Shown piece by piece: positions 9,982 through 18,789 of a stretch of DNA of 32,508 nt; positions within the stretch are counted from its first letter, which is position 1; the number at the start of each line of letters is the position of its first letter. The stretch is from positions 1-32,508 of the IMG/VR virus record IMGVR_UViG_3300025701_000035; one strand, given 5' to 3'. Under the pieces are notes generated by a model. It was not told the DNA's origin, did not search any database, and worked only from the letters and a program-made list of their open reading frames with translations. The translations under genes were made by a program, and so were the position numbers. Source of the DNA: a virus (taxonomy: Duplodnaviria; Caudoviricetes).

Positions 9982-10556
9982 CTGAACGTTACGTTTTAAA
10001 AATTAAAGGAGCTGAATCTGATAATACGGATTCGGCTTCTTCTATTAATAACGATTCTGAATCGACTTCAGAGTTTGATGATACCGAAGATTTAGGTACT
10101 GATTTTAAACCAGAATCACCAGAAGATATGGGTGTTGACATGGAAACTGAATTAACTGATGATTCAGATATGATGGACACCGAAACCCCAGAAGATACCG
10201 AAGGGATGGTTGATGACGAAGAGATTGTAGATGATGAGATGAGTGATGAAGAACCAACTGAAGAACCAGCTGACGAAGAGAATATACTTAAATCTATACA
10301 GAAATTAACTGGTAAATTAGCTCAAAAAATGAGAAGTGGGTCTGAAGAACTAGAATCAAAGGATTACAAATACGTAGTTAACTCTATATTATCAGCGGTA
10401 GATATGAATAAAGTATCTGAAGACGATATGTCTGATATGTTAGATAAATTAGAAACCAAAGAGTCAGAATCAGAAGAACAAGAAATATCCGAAGAACCAA
10501 TACACAACAATAGAAGACTTACGAAATCTATAATAGACGAATTTATAAATAAATAA
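9975..10556 (+). CDS. Acidic C-terminal continuation of the 9613 protein (-1 frame)
   Basis: Stop-free from 9975 (SLTERYVLKIKGAESD...) through the track ORF 10128-10556 (IQKLTGKLAQKMR...DYKYVVNSILSAVD). Confidence 0.7.
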   Translation, partial: SLTERYVLKIKGAESDNTDSASSINNDSESTSEFDDTEDLGTDFKPESPEDMGVDMETELTDDSDMMDTETPEDTEGMVDDEEIVDDEMSDEEPTEEPADEENILKSIQKLTGKLAQKMRSGSEELESKDYKYVVNSILSAVDMNKVSEDDMSDMLDKLETKESESEEQEISEEPIHNNRRLTKSIIDEFINK

Positions 10557-10557
10557 A

Positions 10558-10589
10558 TTTGTTTTTATCAAACGTTTAACTTATTTTTG
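10558..10589 (+). promoter_or_regulatory. Bacteroidota-type promoter for dNMP kinase
   Basis: TTTG(10558-10561)-N20-TATTTTTG(10582-10589). Confidence 0.7.
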
Positions 10590-10607
10590 TATAAAAATAT
10601 ATTAAAT

Positions 10608-11168
10608 ATGATAATAGGTGTTTTAGGTAAAAAAAGGTCTGGTAAAGATACAACAGGTGATTATTTGGTTAATAATAAAGGTTTCACTAAATATAGCTTT
10701 GCTAACCCAATAAAAAGGGGTGCGATGGAATTATTCGGGTTTACCGAAGATCAAGTATTTGGCGACTCTAAAGATGAAATTGACCCTTCTTGGGGTATAA
10801 CCCCTAGATTAGTACTACAGATAATGGGTACTGAAATATTCCAATACGACATACCAAAACACATACCAGAATTAAAAGCTTTAGGTAGATCATTCTGGGT
10901 GAAAAGATTCCAACAATGGTATGAAAAAAATAACGATTTAGATGTGGTTATATGTGACGTAAGGTTTCAACACGAAGTAGACGCTATACTTAATATGGGT
11001 GGCGTTATTTGGTCGGTTAATAGACCAAACTTAAATAATGTAGACGGTCACGCCTCAGAGAAGGAAATGGACTCCATAACTGGTATAAATAAAGAAATTA
11101 TTAATAATGGTACTTTAGAGGACCTATATTTAAAGGTAAATAATTCTTTAAGTGATTTACAAGAATAA
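10608..11168 (+). CDS. Deoxynucleoside monophosphate kinase (T4 gp1-like)
   Basis: MIIGVLGKKRSGKDT P-loop, SFANPIK, TPRLVLQIMGTE, ICDVRFQHE, HASE, IINNGT; ATG at 10608. Confidence 0.9.
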   Translation: MIIGVLGKKRSGKDTTGDYLVNNKGFTKYSFANPIKRGAMELFGFTEDQVFGDSKDEIDPSWGITPRLVLQIMGTEIFQYDIPKHIPELKALGRSFWVKRFQQWYEKNNDLDVVICDVRFQHEVDAILNMGGVIWSVNRPNLNNVDGHASEKEMDSITGINKEIINNGTLEDLYLKVNNSLSDLQE

Positions 11169-11505
11169 TTTAGCAGAACTATTATCGGTACACGACTTTA
11201 ATGTTGATAGAAGTATAGCAGAAACTCTATACCACTCTTTTAAAGATGAAATATCTTGCAAAAGAGATATACACCTAGGTATATTTAGTATGTTTGATAA
11301 ATTTAATCCCACCTTCGTATTTATTTACGATAAATCAAATGGTGTTAGTCTAGAAGGTATTAGGTTTTTATTACTTAAAACCCAGGTAGAAGATTTCATG
11401 TTAGACACCTTCGACTTCATTTTTAATGGTAGTGATGATTATTCTGATGCAGAATGGAAGAGTGGAACTATAAGTGATTATGATGAGTGTTTTATTAGGT
11501 TGTGA
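11152..11505 (+). CDS. Hypothetical protein (117 aa)
   Basis: GTG ORF overlapping the kinase end. Confidence 0.6.
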   Translation: MIYKNNLAELLSVHDFNVDRSIAETLYHSFKDEISCKRDIHLGIFSMFDKFNPTFVFIYDKSNGVSLEGIRFLLLKTQVEDFMLDTFDFIFNGSDDYSDAEWKSGTISDYDECFIRL

Positions 11506-11779
11506 ATTTATTTATCCTAACCAGTAACTTACCATCACCTTTTATAACCCTATGCCAATCATGTCTCTTTATAGATAAAGACTTATTATTACACAATTTA
11601 ATAGGTAGTTCGTTATCAAATTGAAACATCCAACCTTCACCACAGTCAATTACCTCAACCAACCTATCCTCTTTATCTCTATGCCACATCAATTCGATAG
11701 GGTCTATATCATCCCCAAACTCTCTAATGATACAACCAGACTTTAACTCGGTATCGATATAAGGTTTACCAGTACCCAC
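11495..11779 (-). CDS. Small cupin-like phage protein
   Basis: ELMWHRDKEDR...GWMFQFDNELP...HDWHRVIKG, with His-containing cupin-like motifs. Confidence 0.75.
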   Translation of the reverse strand: MGTGKPYIDTELKSGCIIREFGDDIDPIELMWHRDKEDRLVEVIDCGEGWMFQFDNELPIKLCNNKSLSIKRHDWHRVIKGDGKLLVRINKFTT

Positions 11780-13337
11780 TAAAGTTAGATTTTAAACCTA
11801 ATAAACTTGCGTATCTAGGTAGTCTACAAGACCAGTATGATGCCTTAGTTCTATCCTTCTTATTAGCACAGTCATGTCTGGCCGCAAATGATTTCCTAGC
11901 CTTAGGGTCGTTTAGTTTAACAGAAAGACCAGTAGTATCACCAAAAGAAACTTTCTTTATACCACCATTAGGTTTCCTAACGTAAACATAGAACTTCTTA
12001 GAACCACCTCGCTTTGGTTTGTTTAATTTAACATCCCTACCTTTATATTCAGCCTCATTTACACCATCAACAATACCCAGTAAAACTTTTCTAGCTTTAG
12101 CATCCAAATCTGAAGGTTTAATTAATTTAGCTGGTATTGTCTTCATATTAGAACCCAACGCTCTTTGAGCTCTATGGTTACCATCTAAAATCCATTGAAT
12201 CTCACCAACCTCGTTAACCATAATTAATATAGGGTATTGTTCGGAAACTTCAACCTGTTCAACTCTATCCAGCTCCTCAGGGTTACCATCCCAACCTAAC
12301 ACTACATCCGCTAATTTATCCGTCGGATAATCCTTTTTAGGTATATCTTTAGTCATAACTAAAATATCCTGTAGAGTGATCTTTTCACCCTCGTCATTTT
12401 CCCAAGAAGTATCTGAACCCTGTTCAGCTAAAATAGGGAGATCTAAGGGTACTTTAAGACCATTATACTCACCAAAGGTACCTAGACTAGTATTTTCAAA
12501 AAGAAATGAATCAAAACCGTCTAAATTAAGTGATCCTCTCTCCCACATCTCTCTAGCTTCTCTAATTAAATCCATGTGCTTATAACTACCAGGTCTATAA
12601 ATATTTTCTATCAATGGTATATTGTTATCTAAATGATATGTTATACTTTCGTTTAACTCTACCATATCAGAAAGAACATCTAATTTCTCGTTAAGTCTCT
12701 CTTCAATTTTTAACTCTAAACACTCCTCACAAACGAACTCTGATTCAGAAAATAGTGATTCAAACTCTTTATTGTTGTACATATCGTTAATAACCTCAAA
12801 TACGAAAAAAAGATCTTTATACTTAGGGTTAACCTTAACACTATACATGTCATTCTTTTTTTCCATCATAGGTTCACCGAAGTTATCCTTAGCCATTGAT
12901 ATATAAAAACTAGGGTCCTCACACTCTGGTGAAATTGAGAATAATTCGGAAACAACCTCTAAATCAACATCACCGTTAGATTTAGTGAAATCCAATACAG
13001 GCAACTTACGTATACCTATTTGCATAGCCATTATAGCTCTATGTCTACCATCACTATTCCTAACATCGGTCTTATCTAGCGAATATAAAGTTAAAGGGTC
13101 TAGTTTACCACCATTACTAACATGTGCGATAAGATCATTAATATTAGACCTAGTCTCATCAGTCATCTCCAATGGTTTAGCCTTCGATAAGAACTCATCT
13201 GGTGTCATATAAACCATTTCACCACCCCTAGCTTTATAATCAGAATCACCATACCACAACCCGATATCCTCTAACGGGTATTCTTTATAAAACCCTTCGT
13301 TTAATGAATCTAATATATCTTTTTTAGTAACAATCAT
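11766..13337 (-). CDS. Modular protein: two ParB/Srx-like domains, acidic domains and a C-terminal basic Cys domain (DUF6321-like)
   Basis: YMTPDEFL...DGRHRA and YPILI...ILDGNHRA motifs; C-terminal KKFYVYV...KKVSFGD...ARKSFAARHDC...ASYWSCR; modules bounded by LNE/VSE/LAE/VNE. Confidence 0.8.
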   Translation of the reverse strand: MIVTKKDILDSLNEGFYKEYPLEDIGLWYGDSDYKARGGEMVYMTPDEFLSKAKPLEMTDETRSNINDLIAHVSNGGKLDPLTLYSLDKTDVRNSDGRHRAIMAMQIGIRKLPVLDFTKSNGDVDLEVVSELFSISPECEDPSFYISMAKDNFGEPMMEKKNDMYSVKVNPKYKDLFFVFEVINDMYNNKEFESLFSESEFVCEECLELKIEERLNEKLDVLSDMVELNESITYHLDNNIPLIENIYRPGSYKHMDLIREAREMWERGSLNLDGFDSFLFENTSLGTFGEYNGLKVPLDLPILAEQGSDTSWENDEGEKITLQDILVMTKDIPKKDYPTDKLADVVLGWDGNPEELDRVEQVEVSEQYPILIMVNEVGEIQWILDGNHRAQRALGSNMKTIPAKLIKPSDLDAKARKVLLGIVDGVNEAEYKGRDVKLNKPKRGGSKKFYVYVRKPNGGIKKVSFGDTTGLSVKLNDPKARKSFAARHDCANKKDRTKASYWSCRLPRYASLLGLKSNFSGYW

Positions 13338-13404
13338 AATACCCTCTTTAGTTATAAATATAATTAAAGTTAAGTAAATTTTTTTTTAAATAAATATATT
13401 GTCG

Positions 13405-13412
13405 TATATTTG
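13405..13412 (+). promoter_or_regulatory. Bacteroidota -7 element (TATATTTG), 4 nt before the ATG
   Basis: Matches TAnnTTTG; -33 TTTG not evident. Confidence 0.55.
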
Positions 13413-13416
13413 AATT

Positions 13417-13773
13417 ATGAAATACTTGGAAGCAGAATTGTACGAAAGTAAAGAGTGTGAATATACTTCACCCGTTTTAGTTAACCTGGATAAACTAATA
13501 TCTAGGTTAAAGTCTGACACCCCAGAATATCATATAGACATTGATACTAAAAACGTATATTCTATTAACAGAGTTAATGATTGTATAAACCACATCAAAA
13601 AAAATATTAACAAAAAAGGTTCGTTAGAACTACCATCATTAGGGTTCCAATCTAATAAGATAGGTGTTATAGATGGTAGACACAGGATAATAGCCAACAA
13701 AAAAATTGGGTATACCCACATTTATGTAGATATACCCAATTCATATAAAGATATATTATTAAATCTTAATTAA
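13417..13773 (+). CDS. ParB/Srx-like N-terminal domain protein
   Basis: LELPSL...IGVIDGRHRIIA...GYTHIYV. Confidence 0.75.
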   Translation: MKYLEAELYESKECEYTSPVLVNLDKLISRLKSDTPEYHIDIDTKNVYSINRVNDCINHIKKNINKKGSLELPSLGFQSNKIGVIDGRHRIIANKKIGYTHIYVDIPNSYKDILLNLN

Positions 13774-14395
13774 ATTTAACCATACTTTTCAATTTATCAC
13801 TACCAATACCTTCAATAGACTCTGGACTAACTTCCATAAACCAAACATCACCATTTTCATAAGCTTCTTGGTCACCAGAATCAATATCATTACTGTTATT
13901 TAAATAACTAGCCATAGCACCTAATAGTTCACCTTGATCAATATAACTCTTCCAATCGTTTATAGCGACCATATATCGACCATCCTCATCTTCATCTTCT
14001 TCTTGAGGTATATCTAAAAAGTCAGATAACTCATCATATATATCATATTTACCATCAGTGATAGCTTCATTAATAGTGTAATAATATTTACCACTAGATT
14101 TATCCATCAATAGCATCTCATCCCCATCATAACCAACACCAACAATGTCACCCTTAACGTACTCACCCTGTCTAGTACTACCACCATCATCATTCCATGG
14201 GGCGCTAGGATCTGCGTCAGCTCCAGCTGGGTAGTTATAATTATCGTACTCTTCAACCTTATCGGCTAAACTCTCGAATATGTTTTTTAACTGATCTTCA
14301 GATATCTGTTCTTTAGTATCATTTTTAGAAGACTTCTTATTTTCTAAAATACTCTTCATTTGAGATTCAGTTATTTTATAGATTTTCTTACCCAT
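13766..14395 (-). CDS. Acidic hypothetical protein, putative head internal protein
   Basis: N-terminal MGKKIYKITESQMKSILE; NYPAGADADPSAPWN; TATTTATA upstream. Confidence 0.8.
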   Translation of the reverse strand: MGKKIYKITESQMKSILENKKSSKNDTKEQISEDQLKNIFESLADKVEEYDNYNYPAGADADPSAPWNDDGGSTRQGEYVKGDIVGVGYDGDEMLLMDKSSGKYYYTINEAITDGKYDIYDELSDFLDIPQEEDEDEDGRYMVAINDWKSYIDQGELLGAMASYLNNSNDIDSGDQEAYENGDVWFMEVSPESIEGIGSDKLKSMVKFN

Positions 14396-14419
14396 AATGT
14401 TTTATTTATAAATATACTC

Positions 14420-14974
14420 TTATTTCATTAAATTCTGGAACTCGTAAATATTATTCGGTAACTTACTTAAGTACTCAAAACCATAGAAAGCACTCATATT
14501 AGTATGCTGACGTATACTACTGTTTATAACCAATGATTTATGGCTGTAACTATTCACGACACTCTGTGCAGCGTAACCACAAACAATGTACTCGGTATCG
14601 GTAACTCTACATATAAAAAAAGATTTACTGTAAATAGGGTAATAGAAGATAGGGAACTCACCCATGTTAAATCCGATAACATCAACCCACCTACCACTAT
14701 ACCTTCTAAATTGATCAATAACTGGGGTTTCCATATCATCATAGTTAATAATAGGGAAATCTATTGCTTTAGATATTGCGGTTATTTCACAAACCAAATT
14801 GAATATCTTTCTATATTTATCCTTATCCGACACCAATTCATGAACCCCCAAATCTTTGAATATCAATTTCTTTATATAGGAGACACAGTTATGCACGTCC
14901 TTATCACCCAAGACCACTTTTTTGAAATTATGTTCTTGCTCACCGAAAACTTCATCGAATTTTAATATACTCAT
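14420..14974 (-). CDS. Hypothetical protein (184 aa)
   Basis: ATG ORF directly after a TACTTTTG element. Confidence 0.75.
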   Translation of the reverse strand: MSILKFDEVFGEQEHNFKKVVLGDKDVHNCVSYIKKLIFKDLGVHELVSDKDKYRKIFNLVCEITAISKAIDFPIINYDDMETPVIDQFRRYSGRWVDVIGFNMGEFPIFYYPIYSKSFFICRVTDTEYIVCGYAAQSVVNSYSHKSLVINSSIRQHTNMSAFYGFEYLSKLPNNIYEFQNLMK

Positions 14975-14978
14975 AGGA

Positions 14979-15026
14979 CAAAAGTAGAAAAAAGTTTGTT
15001 TTAAAACAAATAATTATTTAAGTTTG
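14979..15026. promoter_or_regulatory. Symmetric divergent pair of Bacteroidota-type promoters
   Basis: Plus: TTTG(14995)-N20-TAAGTTTG(15019-15026). Minus: TTTG(15010-15007)-N20-TACTTTTG(14986-14979). Central palindrome TTTGTTTTAAAACAAA at 14995-15010. Confidence 0.75.
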
Positions 15027-15030
15027 TCCC

Positions 15031-16434
15031 ATGGAAAATAAATACACTAAAGAACAATTGAACTTTATAGAGTTCGGTGGACCAGAATCGGTTATATTAT
15101 CAGCAACTGCTGGTAGCGGAAAGACACACTCTACTGTAGGTAGGTTAAACCATTTGTTAGAAAATGGTGTTGATCCATCAAGAATTATATTCTTTTCATT
15201 CACAAACGATGCCGTTAATGAATTAAGGAATAGAATAGATGGTCAGGTTAAGATAACCACTATACATAGTTTTACCAGCAGTGTGTTAGGTAAGTTAGGT
15301 AAATTCAAACCTATCGTAACTTTTTATGATTTTATTTCGTGGTATAGAGATAATATGAAACCATCTTTTAAAGAACCAAAATCAGTAAGAGAACAATATT
15401 ACGGTAACCTAGAGAGGTTTTATGAGGACGGTAGTAGTATATCATCAAGTTTCTCATCATATAAATTACAATTTTACGATGGTGTTAAGTCCCCTAAACC
15501 AAATTTCTACGAATATTACACAGCTTTCTTGAAAGCTACTAATAGTAGGGACTTTTCTGATATGTTAATTGATACCGAAAAATTATCTAAAGACCCAAAC
15601 CACAAAGGTTTCTTTAATGGTATGTACGACTACATATTTATTGATGAGTACCAAGACACCTCAACTTTACAAATGAAGATATTATTAGCTATAAACGCTA
15701 AACAATACTATATAATAGGGGATAAAAACCAATCGATATACGGCTTCTCTGGAGCTAATTGTAGTAAGATAGAGTCATTACTTAAAGAAAAGAAAACTGT
15801 TGTAGAGTTAACCCTAACCAAGAACTTTAGGTCACATAAAAAAATAGTGGAGAATGCTAATAAGTATAGTTCATTAGAAGCTATACCAGAATCTAAAAAT
15901 GATGGGTTTGTTGATGATAAGTTTATAAACAAAACTAAGTTATTCAGTATGATGGGTGACGGCAAACCATTAACAGTACTAGCTAGAACCAACAAGGTCA
16001 TAAAAGATATAGAAAAGAGATGTTTTAAGAAAAAGTTACCCCTAAAATACTTCAACTATCTAACTAAAACCGATATAGACAGAATAACCAAAGGTGATAT
16101 GACTGATTCTATTAAAAAGAAAATAAGAGACATCCTACCCTATTACGGTAAAGATGTAAATCAGTTACTAGAATTCATAGAATCTAATAAAGACTCCGAA
16201 GTCTTTATAACCTCAATACATAAAAGCAAGGGTCGTGAATTCCCTAGATGTGTTGTAGTAAACTCGTCAGATCCAGAAATGTTACTAGAGCACGGTAGTA
16301 TGACTCATGATTTAGACGAATACTCATTTATAACCAATGATGGATTACTTATTGAGGAGAGTAGGAACGTACACTACGTTGCCGTCACAAGACCTAAAGA
16401 GGAATTGTATTTTATGATATACGATGATGTATAA
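15031..16434 (+). CDS. UvrD/Rep-like superfamily 1 DNA helicase (compact)
   Basis: ATAGSGKT, SFTNDA, TIHSF, IDEYQD, GDKNQSIYGF, NFRS, SIHKSKGREF, YVAVTRPK motifs. Confidence 0.93.
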   Translation: MENKYTKEQLNFIEFGGPESVILSATAGSGKTHSTVGRLNHLLENGVDPSRIIFFSFTNDAVNELRNRIDGQVKITTIHSFTSSVLGKLGKFKPIVTFYDFISWYRDNMKPSFKEPKSVREQYYGNLERFYEDGSSISSSFSSYKLQFYDGVKSPKPNFYEYYTAFLKATNSRDFSDMLIDTEKLSKDPNHKGFFNGMYDYIFIDEYQDTSTLQMKILLAINAKQYYIIGDKNQSIYGFSGANCSKIESLLKEKKTVVELTLTKNFRSHKKIVENANKYSSLEAIPESKNDGFVDDKFINKTKLFSMMGDGKPLTVLARTNKVIKDIEKRCFKKKLPLKYFNYLTKTDIDRITKGDMTDSIKKKIRDILPYYGKDVNQLLEFIESNKDSEVFITSIHKSKGREFPRCVVVNSSDPEMLLEHGSMTHDLDEYSFITNDGLLIEESRNVHYVAVTRPKEELYFMIYDDV

Positions 16435-16436
16435 AA

Positions 16437-16470
16437 AGAAAAACCACCATTATTTAATGGTGGTTTTTTC
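16437..16470. terminator. Bidirectional intrinsic terminator
   Basis: AAAAACCACCATTA-TT-TAATGGTGGTTTTTT between convergent genes. Confidence 0.85.
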
Positions 16471-16487
16471 GTTGTTTAATTTTTATT

Positions 16488-17123
16488 TTATGAATTAATA
16501 ATGGTTTTCATTCTATTAATGGATTCATAAACAGCCCCAGACTCTATATCATCATAGTTCTTCATAGCCATTTCACCATCTTTTTCATCCTCCATTTGTT
16601 TAATCATTTCTTCGATCTCATCGATACCTTCACTAGCTTTATTAGAGAAGTCAGTTAGCTTATCATAAGCTCTTTTAAGCCAATCCTTTACAGAACCAAA
16701 CCAATTAGTAATCGCTCCTTCATATACCTTAGAACCGTCTATAGTAAGTTTACCCTTAACTTTACCAGCAACTTTAGACTCCTCTAAAATTTGGTTCAGT
16801 ACTTTTTTGGTATTTTCATTTACTTTAGTCAAAGCTGTATCAAACGCCTGTTTATAAGAAGTGGTAAGTCTTTCTGATTGCTGAGTAATCTCAACTAACA
16901 AACCATCTAATTCAACCTTAAGTTTTTTACCTGGATCAACCTGACCATCAAACATAGCCATAACCTCTGGTACTAATTCGCTTTTAGTAGCCTCCAATTC
17001 AGATACAGACTCTTTGTATAAAGCTAGAGCTTCATCCAATTTGATTTGTATATCCTTTAATTCGTTTATTTTATTCTTAATGGATTCCTCCATATTTGGG
17101 TTAAAAACTTCGTTAATCTCCAT
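16488..17123 (-). CDS. Coiled-coil hypothetical protein, putative head internal protein
   Basis: Helical; C-terminal VYESINRMKTIINS resembles the shared peptide; TATTTATA upstream. Confidence 0.8.
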   Translation of the reverse strand: MEINEVFNPNMEESIKNKINELKDIQIKLDEALALYKESVSELEATKSELVPEVMAMFDGQVDPGKKLKVELDGLLVEITQQSERLTTSYKQAFDTALTKVNENTKKVLNQILEESKVAGKVKGKLTIDGSKVYEGAITNWFGSVKDWLKRAYDKLTDFSNKASEGIDEIEEMIKQMEDEKDGEMAMKNYDDIESGAVYESINRMKTIINS

Positions 17124-17197
17124 AATAATGTCTTGTATTTCTATATAAATATAAACCTTTTAAATAAAAGTTTAATATATATAATAAAGAGTGTGTT

Positions 17198-17362
17198 ATG
17201 ACGTATTTTTACAACAAATCAGACGAAAAGAAAGAAGCTATCGGTGTGGTTAATATTAATGATAGTAGATTAGAAGCCGCTAAATACTTCGCTAAAATAA
17301 AGAGATTACCTTTAAAGGATTTTCTTAAGATATTCTCTGTAGAAAAAAATATTAAAAAATAA
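17198..17362 (+). CDS. Small hypothetical protein (54 aa), below the ORF-track cutoff
   Basis: MTYFYNKSDEKKEAIGVVNINDSRLEAAKYFAKIKRLPLKDFLKIFSVEKNIKK*, ending 2 nt before the endolysin ATG. Confidence 0.7.
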   Translation: MTYFYNKSDEKKEAIGVVNINDSRLEAAKYFAKIKRLPLKDFLKIFSVEKNIKK

Positions 17363-17364
17363 TT

Positions 17365-18246
17365 ATGGTATTAAAAATAGGTTCTAGAGGTCAAGAGGTT
17401 AAAGAGTTGCAAGAATTCTTAGACATAAAAAGTGATGGTGTATTCGGGAAAGTAACGCACAAAGCTGTAGAAGAGTGGCAACATAAAAATGGGTTACTTA
17501 CAGATGGTATTGTGGGGCCAATAACCATGTACGCAATGGGTTTCGCTACAACTGACAACCAAGAAACAGTATACACTACCCCTAACGGGTTAATAGTCAA
17601 CCGACACTTCTTACCAGAGGGAGAATACAAAGAAGGTCCAATAAACGCAGAATATGTATTCCTACACCATACAGCTGGATGGAATAACCCTTATAAAACC
17701 ATTGATAATTGGGGTAGAGACAAGAGAGGTGCTATAGGTACCGAATTTGTTTTAGGTGGTCAGAAGATTACTGATGGTAATTCTGATTATGACGGTGTTA
17801 TGGTCCAAGCATTCCCTGAAGGTAATTACGGTTGGCACTTAGGTAAAAACGGTTCTCAACACATGCATGTAAATTCAGTCGGTTTAGAGGTTAATAATTT
17901 TGGTTACCTCAAAGACGGTAAGACATATGTTGGTACTAGAGCTCACGAATCACAGATTGTTACCCTGGCAAAACCATTTAAAGGGTATAAACAATGGCAT
18001 AAATATTCGGATGATCAAATAGAAGGTATTAGGTTATGGGTTTTATGGATTGGTGAAAGAGACGGTATAGATATTAGAGAAGGGTTACCTAAATGGGTTA
18101 AAGAAAAGGGTGCAGACGCATTCGAATTTAATTCAGATGCGTATTATGGTAAAGTTAAAGGTCTTTTAACACACACTAACACGAATAAAGGTAAATTTGA
18201 TATGTTCCCACAGCAGGAGTTATTAGATATGTTAGTTAGTCTGTAA
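17365..18246 (+). CDS. Endolysin: peptidoglycan-binding domain plus N-acetylmuramoyl-L-alanine amidase (Amidase_2-like)
   Basis: LKIGSRGQEVKELQ...DGVFG...WQ...GLLTDGIVGPIT PG-binding motif; FLHHTAG, GWHLG, SVGLEV, LTHTN...KFD amidase Zn ligands. Confidence 0.88.
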   Translation: MVLKIGSRGQEVKELQEFLDIKSDGVFGKVTHKAVEEWQHKNGLLTDGIVGPITMYAMGFATTDNQETVYTTPNGLIVNRHFLPEGEYKEGPINAEYVFLHHTAGWNNPYKTIDNWGRDKRGAIGTEFVLGGQKITDGNSDYDGVMVQAFPEGNYGWHLGKNGSQHMHVNSVGLEVNNFGYLKDGKTYVGTRAHESQIVTLAKPFKGYKQWHKYSDDQIEGIRLWVLWIGERDGIDIREGLPKWVKEKGADAFEFNSDAYYGKVKGLLTHTNTNKGKFDMFPQQELLDMLVSL

Positions 18247-18285
18247 ATTATTTATCATAAGTTAGAATATTACATCTATTTTTAT

Positions 18286-18293
18286 TAGTTTTG
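18286..18293 (+). promoter_or_regulatory. Bacteroidota -7 element (TAGTTTTG), 4 nt before the ATG
   Basis: Matches TAnnTTTG. Confidence 0.5.
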
Positions 18294-18297
18294 TTAT

Positions 18298-18486
18298 ATG
18301 GGATTTAATAAAACATATATAGGACTAAAAAACATCATAGATAATAAAGATGATTTAAAAAGGGTATTTAATCGAAATTCAAATGTTTACATATTTAGTG
18401 ATAGCACCTCTAATTTAATATACGAACTATACCTTAAATCTGAATTTAAATTAATTGATAGTATTATAGAAAAATCATGTAGTTAA
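18298..18486 (+). CDS. Small hypothetical protein (62 aa)
   Basis: ATG ORF MGFNKTYI following a -7 element. Confidence 0.65.
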   Translation: MGFNKTYIGLKNIIDNKDDLKRVFNRNSNVYIFSDSTSNLIYELYLKSEFKLIDSIIEKSCS

Positions 18487-18522
18487 GGCTTTGATGATAT
18501 ATTTATCTAAAAACAAAACAAC

Positions 18523-18777
18523 ATGAATTTAAACGCTTCAGAGTTCCTTAAAGACTTACAGGTAGAACTAGAAAATATATTACACGAATACATTTCAAAT
18601 TTAGAGGAGATACCACCAGATCAATTTAAATATGATGTAACAGAATCTATATTAGGTAAAATTAGTGGCGCTCTATATGAAATAGATACAATATTATCCG
18701 ACTTAGAAAGTGGTTACTACTCAGAATTTTTAGACAATAACGACGAGGACTCTTACGGTTCCGATAACGACTATTAA
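18523..18777 (+). CDS. Small acidic hypothetical protein (84 aa)
   Basis: ATG ORF, A-rich leader, TATTTATC upstream. Confidence 0.7.
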   Translation: MNLNASEFLKDLQVELENILHEYISNLEEIPPDQFKYDVTESILGKISGALYEIDTILSDLESGYYSEFLDNNDEDSYGSDNDY

Positions 18778-18789
18778 TATTTTAAAGTA

